A stretch of DNA of 64,000 nucleotides, from the NCBI GenBank assembly GCA_951406725.2, contig OX597837.1, positions 6,820,001 to 6,884,000 of the forward strand, in the 5' to 3' direction. A program made the position numbers and the translations under genes. Of the stretch, positions 44,014 to 58,720 are shown one piece after another; within the stretch, counting starts at the first letter, position 1, and each line of letters begins with the position of its first letter. The stretch is from Octopus vulgaris. Its lineage: Eukaryota. The notes below the pieces were generated by a model. That model did no database searches. It saw only the letters and a program-made list of their open reading frames with translations, and had not been told where the DNA came from.

Positions 44014-44918
44014 GACATATATCTACATAAATATATGTATATACATACACACACACATATATATATATATATACAATTACGCATGCATATGTTTATCTTT
44101 ACAAGTATCACATCCTGGTTGTACAGTTATATGTACGTCTTCTACTCTAGGCTGCACCTAGATCGTCATATTCGCGTGTCTTTCAAATGTAGTTGTTAAA
44201 TTGCTACTATACTGAATATTATTACTAGTTATGAAATACAGAAAACATGTAGGAGAAATTTAGGAGAAACACAAGAATATAGCATATTATGGTTGCTTGG
44301 AATCCTGCATTGGTGTTCGATTTGGATTTGGATTCTTAACCAGAATGGATCATCAAGGAAGAGAGTGTTTTCTTATGTATGTATGTATGTATGTATGTAT
44401 GTATGTATGTATGTATGTATGTATGTATGTATGTATGTATGTATGTATGTATGTGTATGTATGTATGTATGAATGTATGTATGTATGAATGTATGAATAC
44501 CCGATCGCGCGGTTAAACCATTGGGAGTGAAGGACTCCTAGCCTTTGTTAGGGCATCCTTCTAGAAGAAGGTAAAACCTGCGGCTCATTGGTTACCGATG
44601 ATGTTGACTTATTCTTGTTTTCGAATTATGGCTGCTGTTACTTAGTGAGTGGGATTGACTCAGTGCACAGCCTTTCCTCACTTTAAAAAAAAAATCTTCT
44701 TGCGCAGGCATTGCACGATAACAACATTGTTCATGATTGTTGATGGTGCTGTGAGTCTCAACTGAATGGCTGGATGTAGCCTTAAAAAGCAAATAAAAGT
44801 CACATTCGATCACAGCACCAATAACAGTTAAGCTTCGTGCAATGGCCATACTCGATAAGGAGGGAGCAGCCATCATCATGAATGTATGTATGTATGTATG
44901 TATGTATGTATGTATGTA

Positions 44919-44954
<36 letters not shown>

Positions 44955-45139
44955 TGTATCTATCTATCTATCTATCTATCTATTTATCTATGTATGTATG
45001 TATGTATGTATCTATCTATCTATTTATCTATGTATGTATGTATGTATGTATGTATGTATGTATGTATGTATGTATGTATGTATGTATGTATGGATGTATG
45101 GATGTATGTATATGTGTCAATCTCTCTCTCTAATATATA

Positions 45140-45467
45140 GTCTCCCTTCGGTCATGAATGACCATGAGGTTTTACCTAGAAATCTTCCCTCCCAAGTACA
45201 GGTTGTTTATGGAAGACCAGCAATCATCCATGTATACCAGCCTCCCCTCTTCATGCCAGCTATGTTGTCCGAGGGAAAGGCAAAGAGGCCGATACAGCTT
45301 CACACCAGTGACGTCACAACACATCTCTAAAGCTGAGAGAACTGGAGCAACGTGAAATAAAATGTCTTGCTCAAGAACACAACACAGCCCGGTCCGGGAT
45401 TGGAACTCGAACTCACTACCTCAAGATCGTGAGCTCGACGCTCCAACTACTGAGTCATGCGCCTTCA
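45140..45467 (-). mobile_element. tRNA-derived SINE family D
   Basis: Reverse-complement head gaaggcgcatgactcagtagttggagcgtcgagctcacgatc...gagttcgagttcc. Confidence 0.6.
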
Positions 45468-46734
45468 AAAATGCTAATATAATAAGTAGTTATTTCATTT
45501 ATTCATCAGTGCAGTACAGTGCAGATTATGTTCCAAAAATGTTAAAGGAAGACATAATATGCAGGGGGTGGTGGTGACCCCTGTTGTACTATTTCGCCCC
45601 AACTTTCTCTCAACCTTGCTTCCTGTTTCTTGAGTAATGGTACGATGGACTGGCGCCCAGTCAAGCTGGGGGAATACATACGCTACAGAAGCCTTGAAAC
45701 CGGGCCCATGAGCCTGCCTAGGCTTGAAAAAGGCGCACGAATAAAAAAAAAAATTAATGAATGTACTGCGTTGAAGTTGTCTGACGCTTTTTGTGCAGAA
45801 GTTGCATAGACGAGGCTTTTTGTACGAATCGATGTTGTTGAGTGTATATTAAGGTTTGAGTAAAGTGACGAGCTGTCAGAAGCCTTAGCACAAAGGATAA
45901 AATGCATAGCGACATTTAGCAGCATTTTGTTTTGCTTTGAGTTCAAACTTCGCCACAGTCAATTTCGTTTTTCACCCCTCCGGGGTCGATCAAATGGTGT
46001 GCCAGTTATGTATTGAGTCAATTCATTTGATCGTTCCTTTACAACAAAAACTTTCGGCTTCGTGCCATTGTAAGAGATTTTTTAAATTTTAGTATCATTG
46101 TTATTAATTATTTCCATCTTCATCAACATCATTATTACAATCATTCTAATTATTGTTGTGGATGTTGTTTTTGTTTTGTTGACAGAATCGGTAGAGCGTC
46201 GGTGAAAATACTCAGCGCATTTCTTCCGACTCATTGCGCTCTGAGTTCAAATTCCGCCAGAATCAACTTTACCTTTCGTCCCACCGGAGTCGATGAAATA
46301 AAGTGCCAACCAAGCACTGGCGTCGATGGAATCGATTATCCCACTCACTAAAAGATTGCTGGGTTTGTGCCAAACATGGAAGTAATTATAGAGCCAAGTC
46401 GCCTATCTATGAGTATGGGCTGTATTAATTCACTTGACGGTGGTCGTGTAGTGCAACAGCTCTTAAAATTTTGGTTCACCTCCTGCTTTCTGAACTTAAA
46501 TTACTTCAGAAAAGCTTACAAATGTCCATTAGTTGCAAATAAAAACGTATTTTATTTACCATTTGTAATAATTATTAATTTCTGCTATGTCAGAGAAAAA
46601 CGGAGAGCGTATAGTGGCTTCGGATAGCAACCATTTTTATGCTGCATGAATTATTCAGTAGTGAAAGAATATTCTTTAAATACGAAGTGGCATGGAGCGG
46701 GAATCAATATTACACAATTTCATATAACTTTTTA

Positions 46735-47038
46735 TGCGCCATTTTCAAGCCTAGGCAGGCTCATGGGCCCGGTTTCCAGGTTTCTATGGCGTATGTGTTC
46801 CCCCCAGTTGGACGGGAAGCCAGTCTTTCGCAGCGTTACTCAAGAAACAGGAAGAAAGTGTGAGAGAAAGTTGGGGCGAAAGAGTACAACAGGGGTCGCC
46901 ACCACCCTCTGCTTGAGCCTCGTGGAGCTTTAGGTGTTTTCGCTCAATAAACACACACAACGCCCGGTCTGGGAATCGAAACCGCGATCCTCCGACTGCG
47001 AGTCCGCTGCCCTAACCACTGAACCATTGCTCCTCCAC
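46735..47038 (-). mobile_element. SINE family B (a 3' part in opposite orientation lies at ~45560-45740; another copy at 62838-63020 +)
   Basis: Same head and body as the copy at 27206. Confidence 0.85.
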
Positions 47039-47376
47039 GAATTATTCAGTAGTGAAAGGAAATTCCTTGAAGACATAATATGCGCAGTTGAAGAATAAGC
47101 TTGAAGGAATGGAAAACTTTAAATTCAATAATGACTTTTTATATTAAAAAACATTATACTTTGAATCGTAAAATTCCAAAGTTACAAAATATATTTCAAT
47201 AATTGCCTCTTTATTCATTTCGAGCCTTGTGGTGGATACAAATCTAAATTTTTTCAATATCTGGCTGAAATTGCCGTTAGTGATATATAAAGACTACCTT
47301 TCCTTACAATATGAAGGCAGCTTGGTTAAAGCTAGATTTATCAAGATATGAAGTGGCTTGGAGCGGGAATCAATAT

Positions 47377-47985
47377 CTAATTCTTTATTGCCCACAAGGG
47401 GCTAAGCATAGCGGGGACAAACAAGGACAGACAAAGGGACTAAGTCGATCACATCGACCCCAGTGCGTAACTGGTACTTAATTTATCGGCCCCTAAAGGA
47501 TGAAAGGCAAAGTCGACGTCGGCGGAATTTGAACTCAGAACGTAACAGCAGACGAAATACCTATTTCTTTACTACCCACAAGGGGCTAAACACAGAGAGG
47601 ACAAACAAGGACAGACAAACGGATTAAGTCGATTATATCGACCCCAGTGTGTAACTTGTACTTATTTAATCGACACCGAAATGATGAAAGGCAAAGTCGA
47701 GCTCGGCGGAATTTGAACTCAAAACGTAGCGGCAGACGAAATACCTATTTTTATTTCTTATCTACCCGCAAGGGGCTAAACACAAAAAAGACAAACAAGG
47801 ACAGACAAACGAATTAAGTCGATTACATCGACCCCAGTGCGTAACTGGTACATAATTTATCGACCCCGAAAGAATAAAAGGCAAAGTTAACCTCGGCGGA
47901 ATTTGAACTCAGAACGTAACGGCAGACGAAATACTGTTAAGCATTTCGCCCGGCGTGCTAACGATTCTACCAGCTCGCTGCCTTT
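47377..47985 (-). mobile_element. SINE family C with triplicated body and 15-bp TSD
   Basis: Three copies of the gactttgcctttcatcc...gtaccagttacgcactggggtcgat body. AGCGGGAATCAATAT occurs at 47362 and 48013. Confidence 0.85.
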
Positions 47986-48868
47986 TGCAGTTGTATAATA
48001 TTGATTCCTCGCAGCGGGAATCAATATTATACAACTTCATATAACTTTACTTCCTTTAAAAGCAGAGCAAACTAAGCTGATATTTCATTACTTTTGTTTT
48101 CAATATTTGAATCTATTCCATGTATGATTTTAAGCTTAAACTCTTTCATCATTATGTAATTCAGTGAGGTTATACTGTAAATTAATGTCAACTTCAGCTG
48201 CATTTAACCCTCAAATGAATTCACCTCCTCACCTCTAGTATTGCTGTTCAAATGCTTTAAAAATATCAACATGCAGAGAAAGATTATCGCCTTTCACTGA
48301 AGTGTCAATCGTAGCCAAATTTGGAAACCACACCAATTTGCAACATCCTGTATTCAACACTAAACTGCCCGAGTTTTCCAGTGGATCCAATAGAAATCTT
48401 TGTACAAGAGATAGAATTACAGTCTTCGCCTTTAAACCGTTTGTTTAGGAAATTAAACTTTTCAGCTACGTTTAAGACGTAAAAGATATCACACCTGATA
48501 CCAACCGACTTTTATCCAAGCTGTTTACTATTCATAAACGACACAATACTCTCCCAAAGTCGAACAAAGAGACAAAGAAAGACAATTGTATTTTTCATAA
48601 CCAACTCACTCTCTACTCATCAGTGAGTATTAAAAATCGTTGTTCATTGTGACTACAAAGTGCCCCAAAAACACGCATTATAGACGTAGTTAATGTGATA
48701 ACAATGGCACATTTTATTACAATGGAAACAAGTGACTGGTAGCAATAGTTCTTCCAGCGGATTTGAAACAAAATGCGTGCAGACTCAGTTGTCTGTCTGT
48801 CTGTCTGTTTGTCTGCCTGTATATATACATATATATATATTCAAAATAAGCAATAAGAATGACTCCGG

Positions 48869-48961
48869 TAATTTGGTACGATCGTTTCGTACTACATCAT
48901 TTTATTAAATGTTGTAAGTATTACAACAGAAATAAAATGCTGAGTACTCATCAGCTAATTA
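48869..48961 (-). ncRNA. Type I hammerhead ribozyme with long stem II
   Basis: UAAUUAG-CUGAUGA-GUAC...long hairpin...GUAC-GAAA-CGAUCG-UA-CCAAAUUA. Canonical core, palindromic stem III ACGAUCGU, imperfect stem I. Confidence 0.8.
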
Positions 48962-49584
48962 TAGAGGTTTTCCATTAATACAAAAATTTTCAAATCAAGT
49001 GGTAACATTATAGAGAAGGTAGATATAGAGAGAAAGATGTGGATTTGAATTTTAAGAACATATGAGGTAGTGAAGTCCTTCCACTGACTGACTAAGATAT
49101 GGCTGTTCCTTATAGTAATATAATAAGAGTAAATAAAGATTTAATGGTTTTTAAAATTACCAACAATTATTTACTGGTAGATTTCGGCATGTAAATATAA
49201 CCATTAACGGTAGGAACTTCTATAAAAGTTCAATATATATTTTGTATATACAATATATATATATATTTATGCAAGGATTCTAAGAACCAAGGCACGTCAA
49301 CACATAAGAAGCCAGAAAATGGCTAGGTAGAATGACATAGAGCTCGCTATGAAATAAAGCAGCATTGTAGCCTTCAAGCGTTAGCAGGTTACTGTAGATA
49401 TGCAAGCACCAAATCCAATTTGTAACCTTCTATTGTATTACATCGAAACGTAATTTTCATTATGACCTGTTCTAAATACAAATGTGTTAGAGTGAAACAT
49501 ACGCATTTTATTCAATGTACGTCCACTGCATATTTCTCATATTGCTAATCTAAGTGAAATATATCAGAATTTCAATAAAATCAG

Positions 49585-49667
49585 TTATTGAAGGTAAAGG
49601 ATTGTATATTATGATGCAATCTTTTACAACTACATTATATAAATGTCTACCGAAACAGCTGTCGTAA
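49585..49667 (+). ncRNA. Decayed hammerhead motif
   Basis: UUAU-UGAA-GGUA...UACC-GAAA-CAGCUG-UC-GUAA. The stems and palindromic stem III are present, but the 5' core is shortened. Confidence 0.5.
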
Positions 49668-49730
49668 ATTTTATACGCCATTCGTATTGACTATTTGACA
49701 TACATACATAACTACACATACCCACACGTT

Positions 49731-49767
<37 letters not shown>

Positions 49768-49853
49768 AAAGATACATAGATAGAGTGAGAGAGAGAGAGA
49801 GATGAACACCTTCAAATACCTCTTATATGTATATGTATGCATACATATATATA

Positions 49854-49907
<54 letters not shown>

Positions 49908-49989
49908 ATGAGAGAAAGAGGGAGAAAGAAAGATAGATAGATAGATATGAACACCTTCAAATACCTCTTATATGTATATGTAAGCATGC

Positions 49990-50037
<48 letters not shown>

Positions 50038-50242
50038 ATAATGCATTTATGTATAAATATATATGTTTGTGTATTCCTGTATATATACATCCGTAAACCT
50101 ACGTGGAAGCAGAGAAACATGCCAGATATATTTATTCCTCTGTAGATTGAAAGAATGACAAACAGCCTTGATAGAATTTGGCCCCTTATTGTTGGGGGTA
50201 TCAACAGCCATGTCTATATCAGCTGACTACCAGCAATATATA

Positions 50243-50468
50243 TTTCTTTACTACCCACAAGGAGCTAAACACAGAGGGGACAAACAAGGACAGACAAACG
50301 GATTAAGTCGATTACATCAACCCCTGTGCGTAACTGGTACTTAATTTATCGACCTTGAAAGGATGAAAGCAAAGTCGACCTCGGCGGAATTTGAACCCAG
50401 AACGTAACGGCAGACGAAATACGGCTACGCATTTCGCCCGGCGTGCTAACGTTTCTGCCAGCTTGCCA
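50243..50468 (-). mobile_element. SINE family C with TSD CCAGCAATATATA
   Basis: Family C sequence. The duplication is at 50230 and 50466. Confidence 0.85.
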
Positions 50469-51159
50469 GCAATATATAGAATCTCAATGACCTCGCAAAT
50501 AGCCAGCAGGTTTATTTTTTTAAAAATATCATTAGAGACAAAGACACTATTAATACCAGAAAGGAAGAGCACAAAATACTGCGCTATTTACCTTGAGAGG
50601 ACTATTCCATATGGACGCACGGTGCATAAAAGCACTCATATATATATCGTAAGCCTGCTGACTATTTGTGATATCAATATCTAAAAAGAAATCCTATATA
50701 TTGTTAGTAGTGAGGTTCAGCTGATATGCAGCTACCGGGCGTCTGTTACGGAGGAGTCTGGGTATATTGAAATTACGTGATCTGGCAGTTTCCGGCCTCC
50801 GTCCGACAACGATATAAATTACGAGTACTTTTATGCATCATACATCCATAAGAGAAATAATACAGTATTCTGAGCTCTAGCAAAACATCTACGTTAAGTC
50901 GGGCATTGAAATACCCTCGTCATTTTCCTGAGATTCGACGGTTTCGAACCTGAAATCTCGTTGTTAGCGAGCCTTTGAACCGCATAGCTATACATTAAGC
51001 TATATACACGAACACTAGAAAAACACGCCGTCTCTCTTTCTTATTTTATTATTATTTATTTTTTTTTGTATTTGATTTTGAAGACAGAAGTAAATTAATC
51101 AAAAATTATAATCAACTTCGAACCACTTTTGTTTGTTGCCGGTTTATATCTCTGATTCC

Positions 51160-51968
<809 letters not shown>

Positions 51969-52184
51969 ATATATATATATAGTGTTTTATTTTTATTCAT
52001 TTCTACTTCCCTCGCATTCGCTCTTTCTTCCTCCTTTTCTTCCACTTTCCATCTATATCCCACTATGTCTGTTTGTCTTCTATCGCTCTCTAATTTTCTC
52101 AGTCACTCCTTTTCATCCTCTTTATATATTTTAGCTCATTCACTTCTCTTCTCTCTCTTTATCTCTAAAGGTCTCTTTTTCTGT

Positions 52185-52223
<39 letters not shown>

Positions 52224-52471
52224 GACCTCTCTTACCTTCGCTCTATTTTTTTTTTTTCTCTCTCTCTCTCTCTCTCTCTCTCACGACCTCTCTCACGACC
52301 TCTCTTACCTTCGCTCTATTTTTTCTCTCTCTCTCTCTCTCATCTTTCCTCCCTCTTCTTCTTCTCTCTCCCAGTCTCTGCGGTTCATTTCACATCTTCA
52401 TACTTCATCGTATTTTTGTGTTCATAAATTTAGTATTTCATAATTCTTTCATTTTCATGCTTTACTCCCAC

Positions 52472-52506
<35 letters not shown>

Positions 52507-53324
52507 CACAAACATAAACAAACAAAAACAAACAAAAACAAACAACCGTCTCTACTCAAACCTCCTCCATCCTCCTGCATCACTTACTCTCTTTCCAGTT
52601 TTCTTTATCTCCAAGTTACATTCACTCTCTCTCTCTATCCCTCTCTCCTCCTTTCTTTCATTTTTTCTCTCTCTCTCTCTCTCCCTCTTACTCTTTCTCT
52701 CTTAATTTCATGTATTTCACAAAATCTTCCCCATACGCCCGCGTATTTTCCCAACCAAACTACACCAAACTACATTCTTAAAGTTCGTCTAATCCAGAGT
52801 TAAGAGATCTTCGCAAAGAAAAGTAGCTTAAATCCCAATTTAATTAATAAAAATCTGAGATTTAAGTGATTAAAGTCTCTTCATTTTCTGACATGTTGTC
52901 TTTCACTGTGGCAGACTTAGAATGCAATCAGGGGAGTGCAGCTGCTTAAACTTCTTTCTGCCGATAATTCTTATCTTTTGCAACGATGTGTTTGCATGTC
53001 TGCATAGATGTATGAATTCATATGCATATAATTATTTATCTTCACGTACATTACCTACAAATACAGACAAAATATATATACATGGATACATATGTAGATA
53101 TAAGCACACAGACGCACGCGTGCAGGCACACACACATCCGTACATCTATCTATATCTATCTATCTATCTCTCTCTCTATATATATATATATATTTATATA
53201 TATATACACGCACACGTGCGTGCACACATACATACACACACATACACAAACACATACACACACACAATACACTCACAACACACACATATACTCACATGTC
53301 GGCGGCAATATATAAGAGAATGAA

Positions 53325-53950
53325 GACGGCGAGCTGGTAGAAACGTTAGCTCGCCGGGCGAAATGCTTAGCCGTATTTCGGCTGCCGTTACGTTCTGAGT
53401 TCAAATTCCGCCGAGGTCGACTTTGCCTTTCATCCTTTCGGGGTCGATAAATTAAATACCAGTTACGCACTGGGGTCGATATAATCGACTTAATCCATCT
53501 GTCTGTCCTTGTTTGTCTCCTCTGTGTTTAGCCCCTTGTGGGTTGTAAAGAAATAGGTATGTAGGTATGTAGGAAGGTAGGTAGGTATATAGGTAGGTAG
53601 GTAGGTAGGTAGGTAGGTAGGTAGGTAGGTAGGTAGGTAAGTAGGAAGGTAAGTAAGTAGGTAGGTAGGTAGGTAGGTAGGTAGGTAGGTAGGTAGGTAG
53701 GTAGGTAGGTAAGTAAAGGCGGTGAGCTGGCAGAAACGTTAGCACGCCGGGCGAAATGCATAGCCGTATTTCAGCTGCCGTTACGTTCTGAGTTCAAATT
53801 CCGCCGAGGTCGACTTTGTCTTTCATCTTATCGGGGTCGATAAATTAAGTACCAGTTACGCACTGGGGTCGATATAATCGACTTAATCCAACTGTCTGTC
53901 CTTGTTTGTCTCCTCTGTGTTTAGCCCCTTGTGGATAGTAAAGAAATAGG
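53325..53950 (+). mobile_element. Two tandem SINE family C copies separated by (TAGG)n (other copies near 24945-25290, 45865, 46180, 58811)
   Basis: Head ggcggtgagctggcagaaacgttagc and B box gagttcaaattcc. The central domain resembles Deu/Nin-type SINE domains. Confidence 0.85.
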
Positions 53951-54390
53951 ATAGGTAGGTATGTAGGTAGGTAGGTAGGTAGGTAGGTAGGTAGGTAGGT
54001 AGGTATGAAGGTAGGTAGGTAGGTATGTATGTAGGTAGGTATGTATGTATTATGTAGGTAGGTATGAAAGTAGGTATGTATGTAGGTAGGTATGTAGGTA
54101 TGTAGGTAGGTAGATAGGTATGTATGTATGTAGGTACGTAGGTAGGTAGGTATGTATGTATGTAGGTATGTATGTATGTATGTATGTATGTATGTATGTA
54201 GGTATGTATGTAAGTAGGTAGGTAGGTAGGTAGGTAGGTAGGTAGGTATGAAGGTATGTATGTATGTATGTATGTATGTAAGTAGGTAGGTAGGTATGTA
54301 TGTATGTATGTATGTATGTATGTATGTATGTATGTATGTATGTATGTATGTATGTATGTAGGTAAGTAGGTATGTATGTATGTATGTATG

Positions 54391-54421
<31 letters not shown>

Positions 54422-54476
54422 GTACGTAGGTAGGTAGGTAGGTAGGTAGGTAGGTAGGTAGGTAGGTAGGTAGGTA
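53948..54476. repeat. (TAGG)n/(TATG)n microsatellite grown from a SINE C tail
   Basis: Starts directly at the SINE 3' end aaagaaatagg. Confidence 0.85.
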
Positions 54477-55073
54477 AATATCTAATTAGAAAGATTCCTC
54501 TATTTTATAAAACATATGCTTTGCTGAATCTGTAACTCTTTATCTGGCTATCTAAATCCCGTAAAAACTACAATTTTGCTTTATTCTTTATCTATACGGC
54601 TATCAGAAAGAAACCAGAAATCTTAGAAATTTAAAGAATTTCAAGTTTTATAGAGCTGAGATCTTGAGGAAAATCCAGTTTACGGATGTGTTATGACAAT
54701 AAAGTTTTGAAATAATGGCCAGGAAATGTTTCAAGTAACGCAAACTCTCTTGCCAACACTGTGTCGATGCTCGTCGACAAGTAAAGACATACATACATAG
54801 ATCAATGAGCGTGTGAGTGTGCGTTTGTGTGTGTGTGCGTGTATTGCAGTGGGAGGCAAAAAGAAGAGCAGTGCTCCGGCATGGCCTCAACTCTCTGGCT
54901 GACACCAATAAAAAATAGTAAACAGAGATACATACATACACACACATACACACACACACGCTTATTGTCTTATTGACATAATAATTTTCATCGTCAACAG
55001 CATAATCCTTTTAATTTATATATAAATTATTATTATATAATACTGATTTCACATTTCAGCACAAGGCCAGTAA

Positions 55074-55120
<47 letters not shown>

Positions 55121-55206
55121 GTATATGTATGCATATATCATTTTATTTCTCTTTATCATTTTATCTAGTTTCAGCTCACGAGCTAAGGCCATGCTGGGGC
55201 ACCGCC

Positions 55207-55251
<45 letters not shown>

Positions 55252-55750
55252 CATATATATATTCATATATATACGTATATAGATATATACATGTATATAC
55301 ATATCTATCATACTCTTGAATATTATATATATGTAAATATGCACTTGTGTTAGTGTGCGGACGCACGTACATAACACATTTAGATACATTAGACAGACAG
55401 ACAAACAGACAGAGACACAGACTGATAGACAGACAGACAGATAGATAGATAGATAGATGTATACATACATGCATACATACATACATAGATATATAGAGGG
55501 ATAAAGAAAGAGAGTGGGGATCGTGTCTCTGTTTCGTTCTATTTGTATATAAAATGGTAATTCTTAATTCGTACAGCCGACTTAATAACTATATCGCCTT
55601 ATCGATAATATTTCATGTAACGGATTTGTTTCACCAACATAAGCCTGGATCTCCCCCATTGTTTCCCACTACGTTTGTACGTGCGTGCTTATATCTTTTC
55701 TTATGTTATATATGTTGGTATCAATTTATATAAGCATATATTTAAGTGTA

Positions 55751-56091
55751 GGATCTTTTCCTTTTGAACGGCAGTTTTCAAGACAATTTCTGGGTAACTA
55801 AACACTTTTAAACTTTGTATACTGGTAGAAAGGCGTTTATAAAACATCATTTTATACGGCACATATTCATACAGCATGGAATGTTTTCACCCCAAATGGA
55901 GGTCAGCGATTGGTTAAAATTGCCGAAATGCTCGATTTTAAAGTAGAAATATGTTACAAACAATAGAATTTTCTCAATAAAGCCAAGAAAAAATTATGTT
56001 TTATAAAAACATTCTACCAGTATACGAAGTTTAAAAGTGTTTAGTTAACTGGAAATTGTGTTGACATATGCCGTTCAAAAGGAAAATATCC
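55751..56091. mobile_element. MITE with ~100-bp imperfect TIRs and TA target duplication (Tc1/mariner type)
   Basis: TA|ggatcttttccttttgaacggca ... tgccgttcaaaaggaaaatatcc|TA. Confidence 0.8.
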
Positions 56092-56349
56092 TACGTGTAT
56101 ATATATGGGGTGGATTGTGTGCGCGTATGTCAATTTAAGTACGAATGTATGTATAAATGTATAAATGTAGGTAGGTACTTATACATGTGTGCGTGCACAC
56201 ATACACAAATACACACACACACACACGCACATACATTTCCTACCCCTTTGCATCATTACCATGTATATATGTGAGTGTGTGTGTGTATCAATATTTATGT
56301 ATATATGTACCATATTTGTAATAAATGTGTATTAACTCACTCGTATAGA

Positions 56350-56385
<36 letters not shown>

Positions 56386-56494
56386 TAGATAGATAGATAG
56401 TCACAGACAGACAGAGAAAGAGAGAGAGAGAGAGATTTCTTTTCAATTTGATGTGGTAAACCCATTGAAATTTCATTACAAAGCATTTTTCTTT

Positions 56495-56583
<89 letters not shown>

Positions 56584-57151
56584 TAGATATTAATTCAATG
56601 CCATATAGAATACGCGAATACGTTAACAATTCTACACCATTCAAATGCAATATTCCAACAGAGCCTCCAACGTAAAATATAGTTTCGAAAAGGACTTCTT
56701 GGACAGCAAACAAACGCACTGCCGAAACAAACTTTTTATTATCAACCAAACTCCATCTTTAAAATCGTATCTCAGCGTTAGATGCGAGGAAATCCATATT
56801 TTCTTCCTGCCCAGTAAACATATATAAACTATAACACCATATTTTCGGCAGTGAACCAACAGCTAACACAAATCTTTCCTTCTAACGGCGAGTAGCAAGT
56901 TACAAGCAACAATCTCTGACAGAGAAAGTAATAAAATTTATATCAGAACTAAAGATTCCAGGCGGCTGTTATATACACACGTAGTTATGTATTACCATAA
57001 ATTGATCCGTTCCTTTATTCGTTGCATTTATTAGCTTACTTGTTATTTTTATATGTCTATCTGTATACTTGCAGTTTTACAAACATTCCACGTAAATATA
57101 TCAATCTCCTATCCACGATGCAAATAAGTTGAAATACAATTCCTGATATGT

Positions 57152-57211
<60 letters not shown>

Positions 57212-57217
<6 letters not shown>

Positions 57218-57601
57218 ATGAAAAGGGACACACGAGTTGATATATATGAATTGAACAGCAGGATCTGCCATCAACCACTGACCAACGACAATTAAGGCAA
57301 TCCAAAATTCTTCCTCCCCTTCTCCCCCTCTTCCTCCTCCTTCTTCTTCCCTAACAAGAATTCACATGGACCTTGAACCCACAAGAGTAAACAAGAGAGA
57401 CAGAGAAAGGCAGAAACAAGGAAAATGCCACTTATATTTGAACACTATACAAATATTCCTTTAAAAAACTTTTCTTTTAATTTTTCTAAATTTAATTTTT
57501 CTATATTTAATTGTTACAGTTGAAAAGGTCTCAAATGACCGAAACCGGTACTGAAATGTTCTTTATAAAATTATTTTAGCATTTTCTATCTTGAGTTGTT
57601 T

Positions 57602-57606
<5 letters not shown>
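57212..57606 (+). mobile_element. HHR-bearing PLE-like 3' fragment in (TA)n
   Basis: Bounded by (TA)n and contains the HHR at 57514. Its 3' end recurs at 41643 and 41688. Confidence 0.65.
57514..57556 (+). ncRNA. Minimal type I hammerhead ribozyme, U3-A8 core variant
   Basis: UUACAG-UUGAAAA-GGUC(UCAAAU)GACC-GAAA-CCGG-UA-CUGAAA. Palindromic stem III ACCGGU and a GUA site. Confidence 0.8.
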
Positions 57607-57639
<33 letters not shown>

Positions 57640-58019
57640 TTTTATTCTCTTCTTGTTTCAGATTTTTTGACCGAAGCTATGTTAGACCAACGCCTTGAAG
57701 TGTTGTGGTCGAATATAATCGATCTATTACGTATTAGGGCCAGTACTTATTCTATCGGCGTATTTTTCCCGAATCGCTAAGTTACGGGGACGTAAACACA
57801 CCAACATCGGTCGTCAAATGCGAATGGAGAGGGCTGGGGACAAATACAGACACAAAACACACACAGACACAGACACACACACACACACACATATAAACGG
57901 AACTTTCCACAGCTCGTCTCATAAATAAATCTAGAGTCATGAGTCAAGCGCAGACCAAGAAATGGCGCTTGGCACCTGGAGTGTCGACAAGCTCTCTTGG
58001 CCTTCTGCCAGTCGTGTAA

Positions 58020-58720
58020 GGCCATGGTGGAAGTTCCACCATGGAGTCCTATAGAGGAATCTACCTGGTTTTTTATCTTTTACAGCTAGTAATACACATT
58101 CTGTCTTACTTTTCTGCTTCTCTTTCTGCAACCATAACCATGTCTCAATACTGCTATCTGTTGCAACAATCTTTGGGACTCTACCATGCAACACCTTTTC
58201 CTACCAGTCAGATCATTTCTGTTCTTTTTTCTAGTTTTACCTTCGTTTACTGTCAGTGTAATAGCTTTTAATAAACTTTTTTCACTATTACCTACATAAG
58301 AGTCTATATCTACTCTACCTAACACCACGGAGTCTTCTACTGATATTAACCCTCTTCCAAATTCCTTTCTAGGTAAGTATAATCTTACAACCCCTGCCCT
58401 AGGCTGGAGTCTTCCATTCATATTAAATTCCTTCCTAGTTCTATCTAGCTTTGCTAAATCAGTTTTTGTCCAATCTACAAAAGCTGCTGAGTATCTAAGT
58501 AATGATACTGCCGAAGTATTTACAGCCTGTACTAAATCCGGACAATTTAGCTTTGACGTAATTAACTTCCTCACCCTTCTGATGTATTCTTTCTCAGTTT
58601 TTGTTTTCATTTCTATAGTTAGTACTCTATCAGATTCTAATATTATTCCTAGGTACTTATAACTCTCTCCTCTTATCAATGATTTAAGGTCTGGCCATCT
58701 GGTAATTGGAGGCCTTCGCT
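58020..58720 (-). pseudogene. R4/Dong-like non-LTR retrotransposon RT/thumb fragment
   Basis: ESYKYLGI, SKLN, AVNTSAVSLLRYS, WTKTDL, RLYLPRKEFGRGLISVED. Frameshifted and partial. Confidence 0.8.

Noticed and set aside
48585-48628. CUGAUGA...GAAA on the minus strand
   Set aside because: No stem I or stem III pairing, so it is a chance core. The CTGATGA hits near 6113, 15883, 30577, 31128 and 41089 fail the same way.
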